Assembly (NCBI RefSeq): GCF_028641065.1
Contig: NC_073393.1
Location: 21,266,001-21,330,000, forward strand
DNA: 64,000 nucleotides
From: Leucoraja erinacea
Lineage: Eukaryota
Direction of reading: 5' to 3'
Shown: positions 1 to 42,700 of the stretch, in pieces
How positions within the stretch are numbered: position 1 is the first letter of the stretch
Layout of the letters: every line of letters starts with the position of its first letter
Program-made: the position numbers and the translations under genes
The notes under the pieces: model-generated
What the model saw: only the letters and a program-made list of their open reading frames with translations
Told to the model about the DNA's origin: nothing
Databases searched by the model: none

Positions 1-381
1 GACCAAACTCAATCCAACCTAAATCTAAAAACTAAATCTAATCTAAACCTAACGTTGCTTGGTCTTGTTGACGTTGAGTACGAGTGTGTCACAGGAGGAG
101 AGAAGGGCCTGTGATCAGGGGAAGGGAGAGAAGGTGAGGTGGGGTATTGTTCAAGGTGAAAGAAAGGTGAGTTCGGGGGAAAGTAAACGGGACAGGCAGA
201 ATCAGGAGTGTGCTGGAACACTCACAGAGGCAGACAGCAGAGAAACAGACCCTTCAGCCCATCCCATCCATGCTGACCAACACTTCCCGCTGAGTTTACT
301 TCCGACACATTGTGCTTTGCTGGGGAGGAAAGTGGAGCGGCGACTGAGAGAGGAAGTCCCATCTACTAGCACTGGGCTCAC

Positions 382-27840
<27,459 letters not shown>

Positions 27841-27844
27841 GTTT

Positions 27845-28065
27845 GCTCAGCTCAGCCCGGACAACCCAGCTCCCGAGTGAATGCGGCGGGATGGCCCCGG
27901 GCAACGGCTTTATTTGCGGCGGCGGGGGCGGACCGAGCCTGCATTGTCCCATCTAGAGCCGCCCCGCAGCCGGCCCTAACCCCATTCACCTCCCCACCCC
28001 CTGGCCGGAGCCGCGGTCAGCATGATCTTTGATCGGCACCGTCATCGACTGGTGATTGGAAAATG
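27845..28065 (-). promoter_or_regulatory. Putative carboxylesterase core promoter (CpG-rich)
   Basis: TATA-like AAATAAA (minus strand, 27915-27909) about 70 nt upstream of the ATG, GC box at ~27924-27933, CCAAT at 28059-28055. Confidence 0.5.
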
Positions 28066-31000
28066 AGAATTAAAGTTTGAAGCTAATTGTGAAGTCTCCA
28101 TTATTGCCCCGTCGTTTGGTGACTATGCAGTCGCTGCATGCAGAGACTCGAGAGTTGTACAGCGCGAAAAGAGGCCCTTCGGCCCTTCTAGTCTTTGACT
28201 TTGGAGATACAGCGTTGAAACAGGCCCTTCGGCCCACCGAGTCCGTGCCGTTCAGCGATCACCCCGTACACGAGCACTAGGGACAACTTACAATTTTGCC
28301 GAAGCCAATTAAGCTACAAACCTGCACGTGTGAGAGGAAACCGGAGCACCCGGAGAAAGCCCACGCGGTCACAGGGAGAACATACAAACTCAGTACAGTC
28401 AGCACCCGTTATCAGGATTGAACCTGAGTCTTTGCGGCTGTAAGGCAGCGACTCTACCGCTGCGCCACTGTGCCACCAGTCATGTCAACCAAGTTGGCAT
28501 TCTGGGCTAGTCCCATTGGCCTGCATTTGGCCCATATCCCACCCACCCTTAATGTAAAAACAAAGAACTGCAGATGCCTTGTGTTATACCAAAAATAAAC
28601 ACAAAAGTGCTGGAGTAACTCAGCGGGATCAGGCAGCATCTCTGGTGAGAAGCAATGGGTGACATTTTGGGTCGAAACCCTTCTTCAGACTGAGAGTCAG
28701 AAGATAGGGAAACTAGAGATAAGGAAGGGTACAAAGAGCATGTAAGATGTGAAAAGGACAAATCAAAGGAGACGATGTTCAAGGAAATGTACAATGGTTC
28801 ATTGTCGGCTGAGGTGAAGATGACAACGAGGCTACAAACGAGTGCTGGAGGAACTCAGCGGGCCAGGCAGCATCTGTGAAGGGGATTGGACAGGAGACTT
28901 CCAATCGGGCCAGGACCCTTCTTCAGATTGATGGAGTCTAGGGGAGAACACTGTCCTTTTTTTCTTGTAGGAGGCTGAGGGGTGACCTTACCAAGGTGTA
29001 CAAGATCATGAGCATAAAGTGAACGCTCACATATTTTTCCCCCATGGCGGAGGAGTCTACAACTAGTGGACACAGGCTTAAGGTGAGAGGGGAGAGGTTT
29101 AAGTGGAACCTCATTCTTTTTCATTCAGAGGGCAGTCTGTATCTGAGGTGAACTGCCAGACGAAGCAATAGAAGCCGATACAATTTGGACAAGATCTATG
29201 GATAGGAAGGGTTTAGAGGGTCAAATGGATGACGTTTCAGGTTGGGTCATTCCCAATGTGAAACATCACCCGCCCTTTTTCTGCCTAACCCGATGAGTTA
29301 CTCCAACACGTTGTGTCTCTCTGTCGTATAAACCGGCATCTACAGTTCTTTGTTTCTACACCCTATCTCATGTTAAGATAGGTTCTTGGTTAGTAGTTTC
29401 GGATCAATGTCTGAAGAAGGGACCTGGAACATCACCCATTCCTTCTATCCAGAGATGCAGCCTGACCCGCTGAGTTATTCCAGCATTTTGTGTCTATCTT
29501 AGGAGAGAATACACGAGATGAAGCTAAACGTGTCGTTCTTTCAACAAAGTATTAAACCTGCAATAAAGTTGCAGCGCTGAAGGCTATTTGGCCCATCGTT
29601 TCCGGGCTGTCCCTTTGGATTTGGTTTTAATTTGTTATTATTGTCAGGTGTGCCGAGGTGCCTGATGGGAGGGGGGAGAAGATAGAGTGGCCAGAGTGAC
29701 ACAGGTCCTTGATCTGTGTGTTTGCCAACGTTTGTTTTCCAACCAGCCGGTTGTGTAAGAGTAGACACACCATTTTCTGTCCACAGGTTGCTTCATGCAT
29801 GCGGAAATGCAAGGGGGTAAAGTTTGTTTGTGTTGGCAAAGATCTACGGTGTTCCGTTCTTCCAGCTCATCCACGGGGAAAATCAGGAAATTCCCAAATT
29901 ACAGGGAAAATTGGTGATAGCGAGGTACATAGAACAGTTCAGCATAAGAACAGGCCTCTGCGGCCCGCAATGTCTGTGCCGAACATGTTACCAGAACCAG
30001 CACATGCTTGCACATAACCAGCACATAAACGATATCATTCCATTCTCTGTACATCCATGTGCCCATCCTAATGTATTTTATACACCACCATCGACTCTGC
30101 CTCCACCACAACCCTGGCAGCACGTTCTAGGCATTCAACACTCTCTGTGTGTAAAAAAAACTATTACCCGTACATCTCCTTTAGATTTTGCTCCTCTCAC
30201 CTTCAGGTATGCCTTAAGGCATAAACCAAGGTTACATATCGATATTCTTCCAACTTCTACAGGAGTGGGTTGGAGAGCATATTGACTGGATGCATCATGG
30301 CCTGCATCGGTAACTCAAACGCCCAGAAACGAAGGAGATTACAGAGAGTGGTGGACACTACCCGATTCATCACAGGCACTGACCACCCCACCATCAAAGA
30401 AATCTACACGAGACGCTGACTCAAAAAGGCAATGAATATGATCCGGCCCACACAACCCTGGCCACGCTCTCTTCTCACTGCTATCATCAGGAAGAAAGCA
30501 CAGGAGCCTGAAAACAGTGACCTCTAGGTTCAAAAACAGCTTCTTCCCAACCGCCAGGCTCTTGAACGCCACACAACACTGACCTCAGCAACTGCGATCT
30601 TCTATGGACTTGTTTTGGTTGCACCACGATCTTTAGTTTTGCAATATTATGATCTGGTTAACTAGTATTACTGATTATTAATTTATTGTTTATTGCATAT
30701 TTATATGTGTTACCTCATTAATAGACCTGTGAAGCTGTAGTGAGATTTTCATTTTTCTGTTGCCAGTACTTATGACAATTCAGCACATGACTCTTACCAT
30801 AAGAGATAGGAGCAGGATTAGGCCATTCAGTCCATCAAGTCTCCTCCACCAGCTGGTCTACTTTTCCCTCTCAACCCCATTCTCCCGTAACCTTTGTCGC
30901 CCTTCCTAATCAACAACCTTAATCAACATCCGCTTTAAAAATACCCAATGTCTTAGCCTCCACAGTTGTCTATGACAATGAATTCTACAGATTCACCACC

Positions 31001-31354
31001 CTCTGGCTGAAGAAATTGCTCTGCAGTTGAAGTTTTTACAGACACATTGGATAAAATACAACATTGTAATATTCAACAAGCTATCAGTATTCTAGTAAAG
31101 CAGAGCTTGATAAGGCAGGCTAAAGTGCATGGTGCAGCCTTGGTGCAAAGTACATAGTGTTCTGGAACTGAGGTGGAGGGCTATCTCTGGGCAAATGTAA
31201 CCTGCCCTTCAAGCAGCCACTACCTAACATTTAATGCAGGGAAATGAAGTTAATCAACTCATCAAGGTTATTGCTAGAGGCACATACAGTGAGGTACAGG
31301 CACAGTGAAAATCTTGCAGCAGAATCACAGGCATAGACTCACAATTTATAGAGG

Positions 31355-31910
31355 TAGAATTAGGCCATTCGGCCATTCGGCCCATCAAGTCTACTTCGCC
31401 ATTCAATCATGGCTGACCTCTGCCTCCTAATCATTTTTCCTGCCTTCTCCCCACAATCCTTGACGCCCGTTCTAATCAAGAATTTATCTATCTCTGCCTT
31501 AAAAATATTAATTGACTTGGCCCCCACAACCTTCTGTGGCAATGAGTTCCACAGATGAAATATCCTCTGAATAAAGCTGTTCCTCCTCACTTCCTTTCTA
31601 AAAGAACATCCTTTAATACTGAGGCCATGAGCTCTGGACCTAGACTCTCCCACCGGTGGAAACATCCTTTCCACATCCACTCTATCTATGCCTTTCATTA
31701 TTCTGTAAGTTTCGACGAAGTCCTCCCTCAACCTTCTAAACAACAGCGAGAAGAGGCGCAGTGCTGCCAAACACTCATCATATGCTAACCCACTCATTCC
31801 TCGAATCATTCTTGTAAACCTTCTCCGGACCCTCTCCAGTCAGCACATCCTTCCTCAGATATGGGGCCCAAATGTGCTCACAGTACTCCAAATGCGGCCT
31901 GACCAGCGCC
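31355..31910 (-). mobile_element. CR1-type LINE 3' fragment (second subfamily)
   Basis: RRLREDFVETYRIMKGIDRVDVERMFP...WNSLP; related copies at ~33890-34320, ~34440-35210 and ~50190-50560. Confidence 0.85.
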
Positions 31911-32184
31911 TAACAGAGCCTCAGTATTACACTCTGAAACTCAGACTCGGCCAAACACACAAAAACCATATTACACATGCAATTCTGCAGGACATTAAAA
32001 ATAATTTTTAAACTGCAAAAGTATAAGGCAAGACATTGGATATTTGCAGGGCAAGTTTTCTTTATATGGAGGGTGGCGAGTGCTGGGAACATGATGCCAG
32101 GACTGGTGGTGGAGGCAGATACAATAGTGGCACTTTGGGAACATTTGGATGGGCACACGGATAGGCTGGGAATGGAGGGATTAT

Positions 32185-32515
32185 GATGCAACCAGACAGC
32201 GTCCTCTCTCCCGTACACCTGTAGAAGATCAATAGAATATTCATCGTCATGCCGAATCCCCTCAATCTTCTGAGAAAGTGGGCATTGATGAGTTTTCTTT
32301 GTGATTGCATCAATATTCTGGGTCCAGGACAGATCTTCAGAGATGGGCACACGCAGGAATCTGAAGCTGCTGACTCTCTCCACCGCCATCTGTTGTTGAA
32401 GACAGGTTCTTGGATTCCTGAAGTCATAATCAACTCCTTGGTCTTGCTGACATTGGGAGTAAGATTGTTATTCTGGCACCATTCCGTCAGATTATCAACC
32501 TTGTGCCATTGTACT
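32185..32515 (-). mobile_element. Rex1/Babar-like LINE fragment
   Basis: WCQNNNLTPNVSKTKELI, VERVSSFRFL..ISEDLSW, FLRRLR; a related 3' fragment lies at ~30255-30580 (+). Confidence 0.75.
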
Positions 32516-35500
32516 GATTGAAGAACTAAAGAGTCTGAAGAAGGGTCCCAACATCTATCCATGTTCTAAAGAGACGCTGCCTGACCCACTGTGTTACTCC
32601 AGCACTATGTGTATTTTTTTTGTAAATCAGCATCTGCAGTTCTTTGTATCTACAGTACATTGTGCCAAAGGAAATAAGGTTCATTGTTGGAAGCTGCTCA
32701 TTTGTTGGTCAGTGGTGAACCCTTGGAAAGGGGCTTTGACTGCATAAGATGGGTCACCGTTAGGTTTTGCATGGTAGGCACCCCATTCACTCCCTCCACC
32801 ACCCACGCACGGTAGCAGCAGTTGGTATATCTAGAGGATACACTTCAACAACTAAGCAAGACTCCCGAGACAGGACCTCCAAAGCCACCCCTTCCACCAA
32901 CTGGAAGGAACCACTACCCGAGGTTGCCGTCCTGACCGAGAGATATATCACCGTTCTTCCGTATTGTACTTCCAGTGGCGCTGGTGCCAGCAGCCTCCAC
33001 CTACAGCCCGGTATCTTTTTGTTTTTTTGTTTATTTAGTTATGTTAAAGTGTGTTTTTTTTGTGTTTTTTGGTGTTTTTATGTGGGGGAAGAGGGCACGG
33101 TGCGGGGGATACCGTACTTCAGCCGCTTCCTGGTGAGGACGCGACTATTATTCGAGTCGCGTCCTCGCCCCTCCCCCCACAGCGGCCTACCTGCCTGGAT
33201 TGGCGCGGCCTTTCCTGCCGGGATCGACCGGAGCTCCAGCAGCGGCGGGACAGCGCTGAAACATCGCGGGGCTGGCGATGCCTTACCGGGGGTCGCCGTC
33301 TGGAGCCCGGAGTGCTGGACCTGCTGCACCGACATCATGGAGCTGCGGTTTGCAGAGCTCCCAACGCGGGCGGCGCTGACTACAACGCGGGGTCCTGCGA
33401 CTCTGCCCAGCTCGGCCAGCGGACTCAGGAGCTGCAGACTCCGGCAGCGGGAGGCGGCTGATCAGGAGGTCCGGGCCGCTGAGGAGGAGGCTGCTCACCG
33501 TCGGGGTTCGGCGTCGGCGTTCCACCGGCCCGGCGTGAGGGCCTGAACATCGGGCCACCCGGGGCGGCGACTGCGGGTGCTCGGAAGGCCCCGACCACGG
33601 ATGAACACGGAGGGGAGGCTGGCTGGACTATGGTGCCTTCCTCACCTGGGTGCCATTTATGTTATGTTGTGGACTTTATGTGTTTGTGCTTTTTTTTTAA
33701 ATTTTTAATTCAATTTCAATTTTATTTTTAATATGTTTTATTATTTATTTATCATTTATTTTTATTATTTTTCTTGTGATTTGTTTTTAACGATACTGCC
33801 TGTAAGGGAAATTCATTTCGTTGTCTCAAATTGAGACAATGACAATAAATTTGAATACAATACAAGTTCCTTCCCCGTCCTAAGGAATAGGAGTAGAATT
33901 GGGCCATTCGGACCATTAAGTCTACTCCGCCATTCAATCATGGTTGATCTATCTCTCCCTCATTCTCCTGCCTTCTCCCCATAATCTGACACCTGTACTA
34001 ATCAAGAATCAATCTATATTTGCCTTAAAAATATCCACTGACTTGGCCTCAACAGCCTTCTGTGGCAAATTCCACTAATTTACCAGCCTCTGATGAAAGG
34101 AATTTCGCATCTCCTTCCTAAAGGAACGTCCTTTAATTCTGAGGCTATGACCTCTATCCCTAGACTCTCCCACTAGTGGAAACATCCTCTCCACATCCAC
34201 TGTATCCAAGCTATTCTGCATGTTTCAATGAGGTCCCCCCTCATTCTTCTAAACTCCGGCGAGTACAGGCCCAGTGTCGATAAACGCTCATCATAGGTTA
34301 ACCTACTCATTCCTGGGTAACAATCCTGGAACTCTCTCCCCGACAGCGCTGTGGGTGTACCGACGCCTCAGGGTCTGCAGGGGACCAAAAAGGCAGCTTT
34401 CCTCCACCTCAATCGGGATCGTCTGGTTCATGTCATTTGAGCAGAATTAGACCATTCAGCCCATTAATCTGCTCCGCCAATAGATTATGGATTTCCTACT
34501 CAACCCCATTTTCCTGCCTTTTATTCTTCTGTGCCCTCTAGTCCTGGACTTTCCGAGTGGAAACATCCTCTCCACATCCATTCTATCCAGGCCTTTCATT
34601 ATTCGTTGTTTCAATGAGATCCCCCTCATTCTTCCAAACTTCAGCGAGTACAGGCCCAGAGCCGGCAAATGCTCTTCATACTTTAGAATTCACAAGTTAT
34701 AGGAGTAGAATTAGGCTGTTCAGCCCATCGAGTCCATCCTGCCAGTCAATCAGGGCTGATCTCTGCCTCCTAATCCCATTTTTGCCTTCTCCCCATAACA
34801 TTGAACATTGAGTAAGTCTATTGGCCAAGTATTCACATACGAAGAATTTGCCTTGGTGCTCCGCCCACAAGTGACAACATGACATACAGTGACAGTTAGG
34901 AATGACACAAAAACATTAATAATAACCCTTGACATCCGTTGACTTAGCATCCTCAGCCTCCACCAGTGGAAACATCCTTTACACATCCATTCTATCTATG
35001 CATTTCATTATTCTTTCAATGAGGTTCAATAGTTCCAATGAGGTTCCCCCTCAACTTTCTAAACTCCAGTGAGTGGAGGCCCAGTGCTGTCAAACGCTAA
35101 TCCTGTGCTAACCCACTAATTCCTGGAATCATTTTTGTAAACTTCCTCTGGACCTTCTCCAGTCAGCATATCCTTCCACAGATATGGGGCCCAAATTTGC
35201 TCACAGTACTTATAGACTTTAGTGATACAACAGGTATCCTTATGCCCACCAGTAATCACCCTGTACACTAACACAATCCTACACATAGGGTCAATTTATC
35301 ATTAACCACTGTTCACACTGGTTCTATGTTATCCCACTTTCTCATCCGCTCCTTATAAACTAAGGACAATTTTCAGAGCCCAATTAACCTACAAATCTAC
35401 ACGTCTTTAGAGTGTGGGGGGAAACCGGAGCACCCAGGGTCACGGGGAGAACACAAACTCCGTAGACAATACCCGTAGTCAGGATTGAACGCGGGTCTCT

Positions 35501-36635
35501 GGCGCTGTAAGGCATCAACTCTACTGCTGTGTCACTGTGCTGCATCACCATAAGAAGCTCCCCGACCCAATACATCACCAATCCATGTTCTCTGGAGATG
35601 CTGCCTGACCCGCTGAGTTACTACAACACTTTGTGTCCTTTGTGGGTAATTAATTGCTGGCTGAGCCTGTGACGCCCACATCCCTTGAATGAATAAAACA
35701 ATGAACAAGTGACAGCTGTACAGACTTGGATGGAAAACGCAACTCAACCATGGCAAATACGGTAGCATTAGCCAACACATTGAAGCTTTTATTCAGTTTG
35801 GTTCACTCATCCTTGAGCAAGGCTGAGGTCACAGTCTTACATCAGACATTTGTAATACTGATGATGGGCAGTTTCAGCTGGGGACCGCATGTTGTTGCAG
35901 TGGAGGGACTTTTACCAATCTCCCTCTTCCTAGCCAGAGGCTTGCAGAAACCTTTCACGTCCCACCGGCATAGACCAGCAGAGCAGTAAAAACCAGCACA
36001 GACCAGCAGACAGCAGCACCGACCAGCAGACACCAGCACACTCCATCAGACACCAAAAACCAGCTCAGACCAGCAGAGCAGCAAAAACCATAACAGACCA
36101 GCAGAGACCAGTATCATGTACAACCGTGGGACCTTCTTTCAGCTTAGGGACCTCTAGACAGACAAGCAGATGCATATACACACAAGCATGCACACACACT
36201 CCATACCCACTCACTCTACACACATGCACACTCACATACACGCTCAACATGTGCACACTTACACACACACACACCCTAGGCAGTCTTTGCACCACCCTGC
36301 TGCCTTGCACTGCTCGTTGCATTTATGGGTGTGTCAATCACTCCCATGTACACTCTTCACTCTGAGCTTCACGTGATCAAGGAATTGCATTGTCCCCCCC
36401 CCTGCTGATTATAATAAACTGAGCTGCATCTGACATGCACCCTTACTCTACACACTCCTTACACACACACTCTCCCACACACTCACACATATTCACACAC
36501 TCACTCTCTCCACACAAGAACACTTGCTCCACACACTCACACCCGACGGACACACTCACATACACACTTGCTCCACATGCACACACCCACCCTGACCCAC
36601 CCACACGCCCCTGTCCTGATTGCCGTGCATGGGGT

Positions 36636-36733
36636 TCAGAGCCGCGCCGACAGGCACTGGTTGACCACCTCCAGCAGGTGGCCGTTCTCCAACGCCGCTG
36701 CCACTCGTTCCTTGTCTGCCAGCTGCTTGTTCA
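36636..36733 (-). CDS. CIAO2B: CIAO2B exon 5 (stop)
   Basis: [32 protein letters not shown]; polypyrimidine tract and cag acceptor. Confidence 0.95.
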
Positions 36734-39700
36734 CTGGAGGGGGAGAGAACAGCACATGTTCAGCATGAAGAGAGACAGGGGAGAGTGCGATGGGAGAGGA
36801 CGGGGAGAAAAGCATGGTACAGGACGGCAAGAGACGGAGGGGGCAGAACTGGGAAGTGAAGGTACTAGGGGAGAGGGCTAGGGGTGGGGAGAGGGTGAGG
36901 GCGGGGAGACGGCGAGGGGTGGGGAGAGGGGTAGGGCCGAGGAAAGGGCTGTGGCGAGGGCGAGGGGAATTAGGGGAGAGGACTGGGGCGGGAGGGGCTG
37001 GGGCGGGGAGAGAGGCTAGAGGAGAGAATTAGGGGCGGGGAGAGGACTGGGGCAGGGGGTAGGGGGCTGGGGGCTGGGGGCGGGCGGGAGAGACTAGGGG
37101 CGGGGAGAGGGCTAGATGTGGGGAGGAGAGGGCGAGGGCGGGGAGAGGGGGAGGGGCGGGGAGAGGACTAGGGCGAGGGGCGGGGGAGAGGGGTTAGGGG
37201 CGGGGAGAGGGCGAGGGGCGGGGAGAGGACTAGGGCGAGGGGTGGGGAGAGGGCGAGGGGTGGGGAGAGGGCTAGGGGAGGTTAGAGGGCTAGGGGTGGT
37301 TAGAGGGCTAGGGATGGAAACCGACCTTCAGTTCCAATAAAAACACCCAGCATCGTCAATCAACATGGAAATAGGCCCTTCGGCCCAACTCGTCCATGCC
37401 GACCAAGATGTCGCACCTAAACAAATGTCATTTGCGTGTAATGTCACCTATCCATGTTCTCCAGGGATACTGCCTGACCCGCTGAGTTACTCCAGCACTT
37501 AATGTCTTTTTTTTTCCTATTTGCCCTATAACCCTCCAAATCTTTTCTCTCCTTATACCTTTCCAAGTACCTTTTAAATGGAAAATATTTTAAATATTAT
37601 TACAGTACCTGCCTCAACTACCTCCTCTGACAGCTTGTTCCATATACCCACCACCCTTTGAGTGAAAAAGTTGCCCCTCACGTTTCTATTCAATCTTTCC
37701 CCTCTCACCTTAAATCTATGTCCTTGGGTTCTTGATTCACCTACCCAGGGTAAAAGATCGCATTCAGATTCTCTCATGATTGTATACACCTCTATAAGAT
37801 CACCCCTCAGCCTCCCGCACTTCAAGGAATGAAGTCCTATAGTCTGCCAAATCTCTCCCTGCAGCTCAAGCCCTCGAGTCCTGGCAAATCCTCTGCGCAC
37901 TCTTTACAGCTTAATGGCATCTTTCCTATAGCAGGGTGATCAAATGGAACTTCAAGTGTGTCCTTACCAATGTCATGTACAACAGAGACATAACATCCCA
38001 ACTTTATATTCAATTCATTGACTGCTGAAGACCAGCGTACCAAAAACCTTCACCTCTCTGTCCACCTTCTGATGCCACGTTCATGAAACTGTGTACCTGC
38101 ACTCTGAGATCCCTCTTCTCTTCAACTTTCCCCAGGGCTCTACCATTCATTGTGAAGATCCTGCTCTGTTTGACTTTCCAAAATTCAACACATCGCATTT
38201 ATCTACATTAAACTCCATTTGCAATTCATCGGCCCATGATCCTGCTGTCGTTCTTGATAACTACCTTCACTGCCTATGATACCACCTAATACACCAAGGG
38301 TTGCCTCATCAATGTTCCAACTTCTATAGTCATTGCCCTGACCGATGAAGGCCAGTGTGCCACAAGCCTTCTTCAGCACCTTGACTACCTTTGATGCCAC
38401 ATTCACCTACACTGGGTTAAAGACTGTGTGTTCCGATTCCCCTCATGATTTCATACACCTGTATCTCACGCTGGTGTCTCACCCTGATATTTTGGATGAC
38501 ATTCACAGCTGAGGCAATTGTTTATCATCACATTGTAGATCATTCTGTCGGGCTAAAAACCCACAGATCCGGGAGCTAAGCAGTGTCTAGGCCACCTCAC
38601 CCCACACCACTCAATCTTCAAATGCCTGTGTTAATAACAACAAAGAAATCCAGCCCAGCAGTGCCCTCCCTCCCTCCCTCCCCAGTGCAGCCAGCTGCAA
38701 GTTACTCTGCTCACCTGCCTGTTCCGAGGCATGTGTGCCTGGAGTTATGTGAACGTCCACCTGCAGGAAGAACAAACCCCATCAGAACTCACCCATCATA
38801 ACAGCTGGGACAGGCAGGCATGAATGCGGTGCCCGTTCACATTAGCTTTTCACCGTACCTCGCTACACGTGACAATAAACTAAACTCAACATTACCTAGT
38901 TTAGTTTAGAGATAGAGCGTGAAAATAGGCTCTTTGCCCCACCGAGTCCATGCCGATCATCGATCACCCTTTCACACTAGTTCTACGTTATCCCACTTTC
39001 TCATCCATTCCCTGCACACAAGGGACAATTTACAGAGGGCCAATTAACCTACAATCCTGCAAGACTCTGGGAAGTGGGAGGAAACCGGAGCACTCGGAAG
39101 AAACCCATGTGGTCACAGGAAGAACGTGCAAACTCCAGACAGACAGAACTCGTGGTCAGGATCAAACCTGGGCCTCTAGTGCACACACACACAAACACTC
39201 TCACACAGACATCAACAGTCATGTGTGCATGTACCCAAGGTGCCAGGTAACTGAAGCATGTGCCTGATGTGCACACACATATACTGTATATGACCAGACA
39301 CAACACAGGTTTAGGTCTCCTCTATTGTCAGTGAGGCTAAATGCAAATTGGAGGAACAGCATCTCATATTTCGTTTGGGCAGCTTACAGCCCAGTGTTAT
39401 GAACTTTATTTCTCTCATTTCTGGTAGCCCCGGCATTCCGTCTCTATCCCTCCCCCCATCCAAGTTGCACTAGCTTCTCATTTTCACCCTACAAACACCT
39501 CACAATGGCCCGTTTCCTTTATCATCATTACTTTTTTGCACTAGAGAGAGAGAGATGCTTCTGTCCCGCTGAGTTACTCCAGCTTTTTGTGTCTATCTTC
39601 AGACACACACACACTTCCTGACGTATATATACACACACATATGACCAAACACACACAGCTCCTTCCAGCACGGTACCTGATGTACACACAGATACACATA

Positions 39701-42700
39701 TGACCAGACACACGCACACACTTCACCAGACACACAGTACCTGGTACACACACACGTTGCCAGACACACACGGTACCAGGTGCTGCCTCTCACCTTGAAG
39801 CGTGCAGGCAGGGATCGCAGCAACTTGACTTTGATGGATAAGCCGATGAGTGTGGCCATGCTGCAGTGAGGGATGGTGGGGGTGAATGCCACAGACACGC
39901 TGTTCTCCTCGTCGGCCACCTGGACAGAGAACGCAGAGACAAGGTCAGCACAGCCCACAGCAACTCAGCGGTGACCCTGCCCCCAGAACCACAGCCCGCT
40001 CGAGGGTGGAGGAGAGAGAGAGGCTGACATGGTGAGAACCCAGGGCCAGAGCAGCAGAGGACGCAACTGCCACAGCTGCAGCAACTAAACCCAGGAGAGG
40101 GCAAGCACTGACTGCCTGCTGATGTTTGTGCATTCATAAACTCTACAGCATTAGTATACATGGACGGCTCGATTGTAATCATGGATCGTCTTCCTGCTGT
40201 AGACACAAAATGCTGCTGTAACTCAACAGGTCAAACAGTATCTCTGGAGAGAAGGGGCAGGTGATGTTTTGGGTCAGAGAATCTTTCTGCTGACTGGATG
40301 GCATGCAAAAAAACTTTCACTGTATCTTGGTGCATGTGACAATAATAAAATAAACAAAAACAGGCTTTTCGCCCCACCTTGCCCAGTTCAACTAAGTTGG
40401 TATACAGGGCAAATGATTTGCCTGCATTTGACCCTTTAAACCCTTCCCATCAATAGATCTGTCCAAATTGTATCCACTTCTGTAGCTTCCTCTGGCAGCT
40501 CATTCCAGATACATACAACCCTCTGAATGAAAAAGTTGCCCTTGATGTCCCTCTTAAATCTCTCCCCTCTCACCTTAAGCAAGAATCCGCTAGCTGCAGA
40601 ATCCTCTACCTTGGGAAAAAGACCTTGTGAGCGTTCATTTTAACCACGCACACTTCACTTCACTTAATCCTCATGATCTTGTACACCTCAGTAAGGTAAC
40701 CCCTCAGCCTCCTACACTCCAAAGATAACAAGGAGAGTTTACTCCCCCCCCCCCCCCCATCGACTCCATCAATCTGAAGAAGTCCTGAAACGTCGCCTGT
40801 CCATCTCCCTTCGCAGATCACAACTCCTCCAGCACTCGTTTGCAGCATCGTTGTCACCTTCCCCCCAGCCGACAATGAACCATTGTACATTTCCTTGAAC
40901 ATCGTTTCCTTTGATCTGTCCATTTCACATCTTACATACTCCTTGTATCCTTCCTTATCTCTATTTTCCCTCTCTCTCCGTCTGAAGACTCTCAGTCTGA
41001 AGAAGGGTCTCGACCCAAAACATCACCCATTCCTTCTCTCCAGCGATGCTGCCTGTCCTGCTGAATTACTCCAGTATTTTGTGTCTATCCTCCAGCACTT
41101 TGTGTTTTGCGATTCTGGCACCTGTGTCTGAATATTCCCGAGAAGTTTTTTCTAGTCAAAAGTGTTTTCAAAGTGTTATCATTGCTGTGATGTGGGAGTC
41201 AGCAGAGATTGTGTAATGCCTCGCTGAGAGTGACGTGTTAGCAATCAGGTGACAGGCTTCACTGTTGTAAGACACCTCAGGAACACTAATCCTACATCAG
41301 TCGCATGTTTATTCTCTCCACATTCCCACCAGCCCCTCCTCCCCAAGCTTTACCACTCGCCTACACATTGGTATTGTTTTTTTCGTTGTCACCTGTACAG
41401 AGATACATGCCATCCAGTTAAATAATATCACACACGAGTTCAGTCAAGCCATACAACAGGTAGTGCAAAGAGAAAAATACCAGAGTACAGAATATAGTGT
41501 TACAGCGTCACAGAGAAAAGGTGCAAGGTCCACAATGAGGTAGTAATAAAGAGGAACTGCAGATGCTGGTTTATACTAAAGGTAGACAGAAAGACCTGGA
41601 GTAACTCAGCGGCTCAGGCAGCATCTCAGGAGAAAATGGATCGGTGATGTTTCAGGTTGGGACTCTTCTTCAGACTTCAAAGATGCTGCCTGACCCGCTG
41701 GGTTACTCCAGCTTTTTGTGTGTACAATGTGATAAGTTGGGAGATCATTTACAGCAACGCACGACTATCAATCAACCTACTAACCCATGACTTTGGGACA
41801 TGGGAGGAAACCCACGCGGTCATTGGGAGAACGTGCAAAGTCCACACGGACAAGGTGGGTTATCGGGTGGCCGCCGTACAATGGCTGCCTCGCCAACAGT
41901 CTGTCTCGGCCCATTCTCTCTTTGTTGATTTTTAGTCTGTAGTTAAATGTTGTTTTAGTGTCTCTTTAATTTTGTATTATATGGGGGTGGAGGGGAGAGG
42001 GTGCGGGGGGAAATTTTCTCATCTCTCTCCTCGGCTGAGATGCAAATTTTTCCTTATCGTATCTCCGCCTGCACTGCGGCTTAACATCGTGGAGATGGCG
42101 GCCTCCTGCCGGGGATCGGCCTCGGAAGCTCCAACCGCGGTAGCCTGCGGACTTCTAGGGAGCTCCTAGCCGCAGGAGTATCGACCGCCCCGATCACGGG
42201 AGCTTCTATCACTGGCTGCGGGAGCTTCAATCGCCCCGACTGTGGATGGTTCGACTCCCCCGACCGCAGGGAAAAAAGGAGGAAAGAAGATAAGACTTTA
42301 TTGCCTGCCATCACAGTGAGGAATGTGGAGGAGCCGCTGTGATGGATGTTTATGTTTAATTTTTATGTGGTTGCGTGTTTTGTTACTTTTTTGTTATGAC
42401 TGTATAGCAAATCAAATTCCTCGTATGATTTACCTATTTGTTTTGTTTTCCTACTTGGCTGATAAAATCAATTACAATTACAATCAGGATTAATAAAGAG
42501 GTCCTTCAAGGGGAAGAGATGCATGAAGTGTCAGCTTGAACCTTTGTGATGAACTCTCCGGAGTGGGGTTTGAGCCCAAAAATCCTCTGCCTCTGAAGCG
42601 TGTGAATGGCCCACCATGTTAGACGGAGCAGGTAAGTGCTTGCATGGACAAGCTGGGCCGAAGAGCCTATTCCCATACTGTGAACGTCGCAAATTATTTT

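Noticed and set aside
32767-33546. 259-aa ORF in a CpG-rich region
   Set aside because: No recognisable domain; it lies within a copy of the GC-rich repeat family and is open only because of base composition.
41860-41905. CCTCGC motif at the head of a GC-rich retroposon as a possible second HDV-like ribozyme
   Set aside because: I could not build P1/P2/P3 pairing or find a J4/2 motif around it.
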